Source: Gloeobacterales cyanobacterium
Lineage (GTDB): Bacteria > Cyanobacteriota > Cyanobacteriia > Gloeobacterales > PMM-0068
Length of the DNA: 64,000 bases
Assembly (NCBI GenBank): GCA_038245785.1
Contig: JBBRSB010000029.1
Coordinates: 1-64,000 of the forward strand
Reading direction: 5' to 3'
Positions 59,879-64,000 of this stretch are shown piece after piece (the first letter of the stretch is position 1; every line of letters begins with the position of its first letter). Both the position numbers and the translations under genes were made by a program. The notes beneath the pieces are model-generated. The model saw only the letters and a list, made by a program, of their open reading frames with translations, was not told the DNA's origin and searched no databases.

Positions 59879-59911
59879 AAAAAGACACCCCCTATGCTCA
59901 GGGGTGTCTTT
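59879..59911. terminator. Bidirectional terminator between convergent genes
   Basis: AAAAAGACACCCC-N9-GGGGTGTCTTT. Confidence 0.75.
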
Positions 59912-59924
59912 GACGCTTAGTGCT

Positions 59925-60149
59925 TTAGCGATAGGGCTTATTCGTGGTGTAGTTGCTGTTTACGTATTTATCGTTAACATCGGTCAGCACCAGCGAGTGA
60001 TTGGCAATCTGGATGATGATAATCAAAAATACCCCGAATGCAGCAATCAGAAAGCCCATAATAGGCGTAGTGCCCCATCCTGGTGTGGCTTTGCCATACT
60101 CAGAATTTAGTGGCTTGAGAATTCTTCCAAGACGTGTGTCTATGGCCAT
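59925..60149 (-). CDS. psbH: Photosystem II protein H
   Basis: [27 protein letters not shown] at 60149. Confidence 0.95.
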   Translation of the reverse strand: MAIDTRLGRILKPLNSEYGKATPGWGTTPIMGFLIAAFGVFLIIIIQIANHSLVLTDVNDKYVNSNYTTNKPYR

Positions 60150-60346
60150 GGTGTGTCTAGTCTCAATAAATGTGCAGTTGAGTGAGCTTATTATAGAATC
60201 TCTTAACGTTTTATGCAGCCCATCTGCAAAATTAAAATTGAGTCTCTCTGTTATTTCATCTATCGAATAGAGCACCCTATACATAGTTAGATACTGTCAG
60301 ACGTAGTCAGTGACGGGTATGTACGTGTAGGGAGCTAGCAGAGAAG

Positions 60347-62308
60347 ATGGTGCAGAGTCAGATGAGCGGAGGGGCTACTAAGAACACTATTCTCGTCGTC
60401 GATGACAGTACGACCATGCGAAGCATGGTGCAGAGTTTTCTTCCCCAGGATGAATTCCACGTTCAGGTCGCTAAAAGTGGCCAAGAGGGCTTAGCGCGGA
60501 TCTACGAGCATTGTCCGGATATCCTTCTTCTCGATTTCATCATGCCTGGGATGAATGGCTATGAAGTCTATATAAAGCTGCGAGAACAGCCTGAGTACGC
60601 TGACCTCCCGATTGTGATTATGTCTGGGAGCAAAGTCGAGGTATTCAATAAATTTGCAGAATCAAAAGCAGAACAGAAATTTGTTTTCCTATCCAAGCCC
60701 TTTGATCCAGAAACCTTGAAAAAGCAGATTGCTCTGGCCTTAGAACTGCAATTTATCTCCACAACGGTTGAAGATACGGCTCATAAGGAAGAAGCTTCTC
60801 TCGACAAACTAACACGCAGCAACGAATTAGTGCCTGCTGGAGAAGCTGTGGTTTTGGCTGAGAGCCAGCCTCAGCCCATAGTCAGTCTTGAGCCAGAGGT
60901 CGTGGTGTTTACTAAGGACGAAACGACCCTCGAAGAAGAATTTGCACTCCATGTCAGTCGCGCCCCTGTTGAAATGCCCGAAATCTCTATAGACCAGGTT
61001 CCTCAAATCTCCATAGAAGAAATGAGTATCCATGAACTACCTATGGAGGCAGAACAAACAGAAGACCTAGTTGCAACAGTAAACAGTGCTCCAAGCGATG
61101 AGCTCATCGAAGTACCTATCGCTCAAGTTCCCATGGAGAAAGTGAGTTTTGTCTCTATCCCTGCACCGATTGTGGAAACAGCCCATTTAAGCGAAGAGGT
61201 CTATGGTCTTCCAAACGATGAGTTTCATGAAACACCTTTGGCTCAGATTCCCCTAGAAGTTCCCACACAGGAGACGAGCCTGAATATCGTCCATGAACTG
61301 CCGCTAGACGTAGAAGTACTCATAGGTGAAGACAAAAAGGTACCTACAACTCCGAGTTATGAACCCGTTGAAGTGCCTGTGGCTCAGATGCCTATAGAAG
61401 AAGTGAGTCTTGCCCCTATCTATGCATCAACTATGGAAATAGCGCACCTAAGCAAAACAGCACATGACTCCACCTCCGAAGCTACCGAAATAGCTGCAGT
61501 TCAGAACTCCTTAGAAGAGACAAGTATCAATGAAATGTTTATGGAAACAGCGCCATTAAACGAAACGGTAGCTAGCCTGAACCATGAACCTGAAATGCCT
61601 GCGGCTGAGATATCTTTGGAAGAAATAAGCATCCATGAACTTCATGAACTACCGATGGAGATTCCACGCGACGCTCAAACCAGCGAAGAAACTGCAGAGA
61701 TATCCATTGTTCCAGTATCTGTAGAAGCGATGAGCTTAGACTACATCCAGCAAAACTTAGCTCATATTATCCAGACAGAAACCTATGTGATGGGAGTGCT
61801 ACAGAGCTTAGACGAGCGCGTAGCTAAAGACATGCACTCGATCAAAAACTTGGCTGACCAGACGGCTTTGTTGCAGCAAGAATTTTCCCATATGCGTGGC
61901 ATACTCAATAACCTAAATGATTTACCCAAGCATTTTGAAGCCTTGCAAGAGCAGGTTCTAACCCAGCCACAGGCCTATCCAGATGAGTCCGGGCAAGAGC
62001 ATCTGCTGATGGTCGGAACTCGCCTCAGTAATGTGGATTCTACCCTGATGCAATCTGTCGTCACTTTGGACCGACTGGAAGAAATCCAAGCGGGCATAGG
62101 AGAAAGCCTCAGCAATTCCTACGGGCAACTTTCAGACCGCCTGACAGCTATTGAACGGCGCTTTGAAGCGATCGTAGTCCGTCCCCCTGATCCTGACCCC
62201 GTTCCAGCAACTCCTGCAGCAAAGGCTCCCATGCCTCCGCTACTCTATATAACCATTGCTCTTGGCGCTTTGAATTTCGGGGCGATGGTAGCCCTGTTGT
62301 TGCGCTAA
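60347..62308 (+). CDS. Receiver-domain protein with acidic repeat linker, coiled coil and C-terminal TM anchor
   Basis: VVDDS, LLDFIMPGMNG, SKPF; E/P-rich repeats; terminal hydrophobic helix. Confidence 0.8.
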   Translation: MVQSQMSGGATKNTILVVDDSTTMRSMVQSFLPQDEFHVQVAKSGQEGLARIYEHCPDILLLDFIMPGMNGYEVYIKLREQPEYADLPIVIMSGSKVEVFNKFAESKAEQKFVFLSKPFDPETLKKQIALALELQFISTTVEDTAHKEEASLDKLTRSNELVPAGEAVVLAESQPQPIVSLEPEVVVFTKDETTLEEEFALHVSRAPVEMPEISIDQVPQISIEEMSIHELPMEAEQTEDLVATVNSAPSDELIEVPIAQVPMEKVSFVSIPAPIVETAHLSEEVYGLPNDEFHETPLAQIPLEVPTQETSLNIVHELPLDVEVLIGEDKKVPTTPSYEPVEVPVAQMPIEEVSLAPIYASTMEIAHLSKTAHDSTSEATEIAAVQNSLEETSINEMFMETAPLNETVASLNHEPEMPAAEISLEEISIHELHELPMEIPRDAQTSEETAEISIVPVSVEAMSLDYIQQNLAHIIQTETYVMGVLQSLDERVAKDMHSIKNLADQTALLQQEFSHMRGILNNLNDLPKHFEALQEQVLTQPQAYPDESGQEHLLMVGTRLSNVDSTLMQSVVTLDRLEEIQAGIGESLSNSYGQLSDRLTAIERRFEAIVVRPPDPDPVPATPAAKAPMPPLLYITIALGALNFGAMVALLLR

Positions 62309-62331
62309 CTCGTGCATAATCAAGCCAGAGC

Positions 62332-62874
62332 ATGATGAGGATGTGCATGGATCGGCCCTTCGGTAGGCGCGTCCTACTTGGTTTAGGAGTGAGCAGCTTT
62401 TTAGGAGTCAGTAGCGCTTGGGCTCAAGGGGGCATTGTCCTCAACCAGAACCCTGACAATGTCCTAAAATACGCCACGGATCGAGGCCAAAGGGGCACTT
62501 CGGACCGCTATTATCTGACCCTAAAAGCACAAAAATTTGCGGTTTATCAGATTCAGATTCGCTATGACAGTAGCTTTGATGGCAGGTTCTATCCTGAAAA
62601 AGAAAAGATAGAGGTTTATGATTCAGCCATTCCCTATGGCACCAAGGATAAATCTCTGTTTGCCGTGGAACAAGCAGAATGGGACAAAGAAGCCCGTATC
62701 CTTAGCATTGAGCTTTCTAAGCCCATTCCGGCAGGCATCACGGGGGAAATCGCTCTAGACCGCGTAGAAAATCCCACTTTTGGGGGCATCTATAACCTGC
62801 AAGCACGGGTTCTGAATGTTGGTCCTTTTCCCAGCTTTCGCTACATTGGCACTTGGTCTATCACGATTGATTAG
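62332..62874 (+). CDS. DUF2808-like exported protein
   Basis: RR signal peptide; VENPTFGGIY...YIGTWSI. Confidence 0.7.
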   Translation: MMRMCMDRPFGRRVLLGLGVSSFLGVSSAWAQGGIVLNQNPDNVLKYATDRGQRGTSDRYYLTLKAQKFAVYQIQIRYDSSFDGRFYPEKEKIEVYDSAIPYGTKDKSLFAVEQAEWDKEARILSIELSKPIPAGITGEIALDRVENPTFGGIYNLQARVLNVGPFPSFRYIGTWSITID

Positions 62875-62885
62875 AGTATCGACTC

Positions 62886-63515
62886 ATGACTGAAGTCTCG
62901 CTAACCAGTCGGGTAGTCTATAACCTCTCGAAATATCTGGCGGTCAATCCGCTCTTGATTGGCGTATTTCGCCTCAAGACCTATGGCCTAGAGCATGTCC
63001 CCAAAGATAATCCTGTAATTCTAGTGGCTAATCATGCCAGCAATTTTGACGTCCCCGTCCTTACCAACGCTGTTAATAGGCCCGTAGCCTATATGGCCAA
63101 GGAAGAATTGTTCACATCGTGGAGCAGTCCAATTTTACGGACCTACGGAGCTTTTCCCGTAAAACGAGGGACCGGAGACCGAGGAGCGATAAAAGCTTCT
63201 TTGCAAGCTTTAGCTCAGGGCTGGGCCGTAGGTATTTTCTTAGAAGGGACCAGAACGGAGGATGGCAAAGTCCATAATCCTCGACTGGGAGCAGCTTTGA
63301 TTGCAGCTAAAGCACAAGTCCCCGTCATTCCTGTTTCTATTTGGGGCACCGACAATACTTTAGGAAGAGGAGAAATATTACCCAAGCCTGCGCCCCTCAC
63401 TGTAAGGATCTCAGAGCTGTTGGAACCACCTGAATCTACAGACAAAGCAGTCCTCCAAAGACATACAGCAAAATACGCCCAAATTATCAATCAACTGCAC
63501 GATTTAGGGCGCTGA
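62886..63515 (+). CDS. plsC: 1-acyl-sn-glycerol-3-phosphate acyltransferase
   Basis: NHASNFD, AKEELF, FLEGTR. Confidence 0.9.
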   Translation: MTEVSLTSRVVYNLSKYLAVNPLLIGVFRLKTYGLEHVPKDNPVILVANHASNFDVPVLTNAVNRPVAYMAKEELFTSWSSPILRTYGAFPVKRGTGDRGAIKASLQALAQGWAVGIFLEGTRTEDGKVHNPRLGAALIAAKAQVPVIPVSIWGTDNTLGRGEILPKPAPLTVRISELLEPPESTDKAVLQRHTAKYAQIINQLHDLGR

Positions 63516-63527
63516 TGAGACTCGACT

Positions 63528-64000
63528 CTATGACTGAAACAGCCTTGAATATAGTGTTCTATGTTCTTCACAGGCCCATTCTTGTAGGGGAGCAAACCCA
63601 CCCAAATCTTCTAGTTCTGCTTTCAAGCAATGAACCGTTTGCTGTTGGATGGTTTCTTGTAGAGCTCGTAGAATTTTTTGACCATCGGTATGTCCTAAAG
63701 GAATCAGTCTTACGCAAGCAGAAACCAAGCTATTCGTGCTGCTAAAGAGATATCCAGCAACGGCATCATGGGCGGAAATCCCCAGAGCCTGAGACAGCCA
63801 GCCAAACACTGCCGCATGGTGATGTTCACCTTCAGGGAAACCGGCTGACCAACCCAGGTTGCCTGAAAGCTTTTTCAGACGCTGCCCTAAAGCGATCGAG
63901 GCTTGGGTTGGTTCTATGGTCCAGCGACTAGCCGTTAGATATTGATTGAGTTGTTGAAAATCTTCGAAGCTCCGAGCCATGCTGTATCGGTACGCCAAGG
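63528..64000 (-). CDS. ureF: Urease accessory protein UreF (5' end outside the window)
   Basis: VSACVRLIPLGHTDGQ...YSRLFQS. Confidence 0.9.
   Translation of the reverse strand, partial: LAYRYSMARSFEDFQQLNQYLTASRWTIEPTQASIALGQRLKKLSGNLGWSAGFPEGEHHHAAVFGWLSQALGISAHDAVAGYLFSSTNSLVSACVRLIPLGHTDGQKILRALQETIQQQTVHCLKAELEDLGGFAPLQEWACEEHRTLYSRLFQS

Noticed and set aside
60150..60284. N-terminal extension of PsbH
   Set aside because: Family similarity begins at ATG 60149
1..64000. CRISPR array, cas genes, rRNA, prophage or integrase
   Set aside because: No regularly spaced repeats or recognisable genes of these kinds were seen, and no tRNA 3'-end duplication (att site) was noticed

Overview
Cyanobacterial chromosome segment (psbH, ycf34, crtR, NtcA box, symerythrin; possibly an early-branching Gloeobacterales-like lineage, which is inference). 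A housekeeping backbone (thrC, cobU, ilvB, tyrS, PBP1A, argH, ilvD, mutS2, holB, amt, ylqF, avtA, plsC, ureF, tRNA-Leu, tRNA-Pro) is interrupted by accessory regions. (1) 1-8.9 kb: an IS630 end, an AT-rich HEPN(DUF4145-like)/winged-helix gene pair, an Mrr-like nuclease, an attC-like site and a dense array of mostly decayed toxin-antitoxin loci. (2) 38-40 kb: an AAA ATPase/RloB (AbiL-like) pair. (3) 49.7-58.9 kb: a defence island with an Ec67-like retron (RT-TOPRIM fusion broken by one in-frame TAG, with an msr-msd-like leader), MNT-HEPN, an unknown Cys-rich + HTH pair, more TA modules and an N6-MTase/HsdS pair without HsdR. Other notable items are a c-di-AMP riboswitch ahead of a sucrose-phosphate-synthase-like gene and three 21-27 nt micro-elements nested in one palindrome, with a related element in frame inside tyrS. 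All calls come from reading motifs by eye; no database searches were run.
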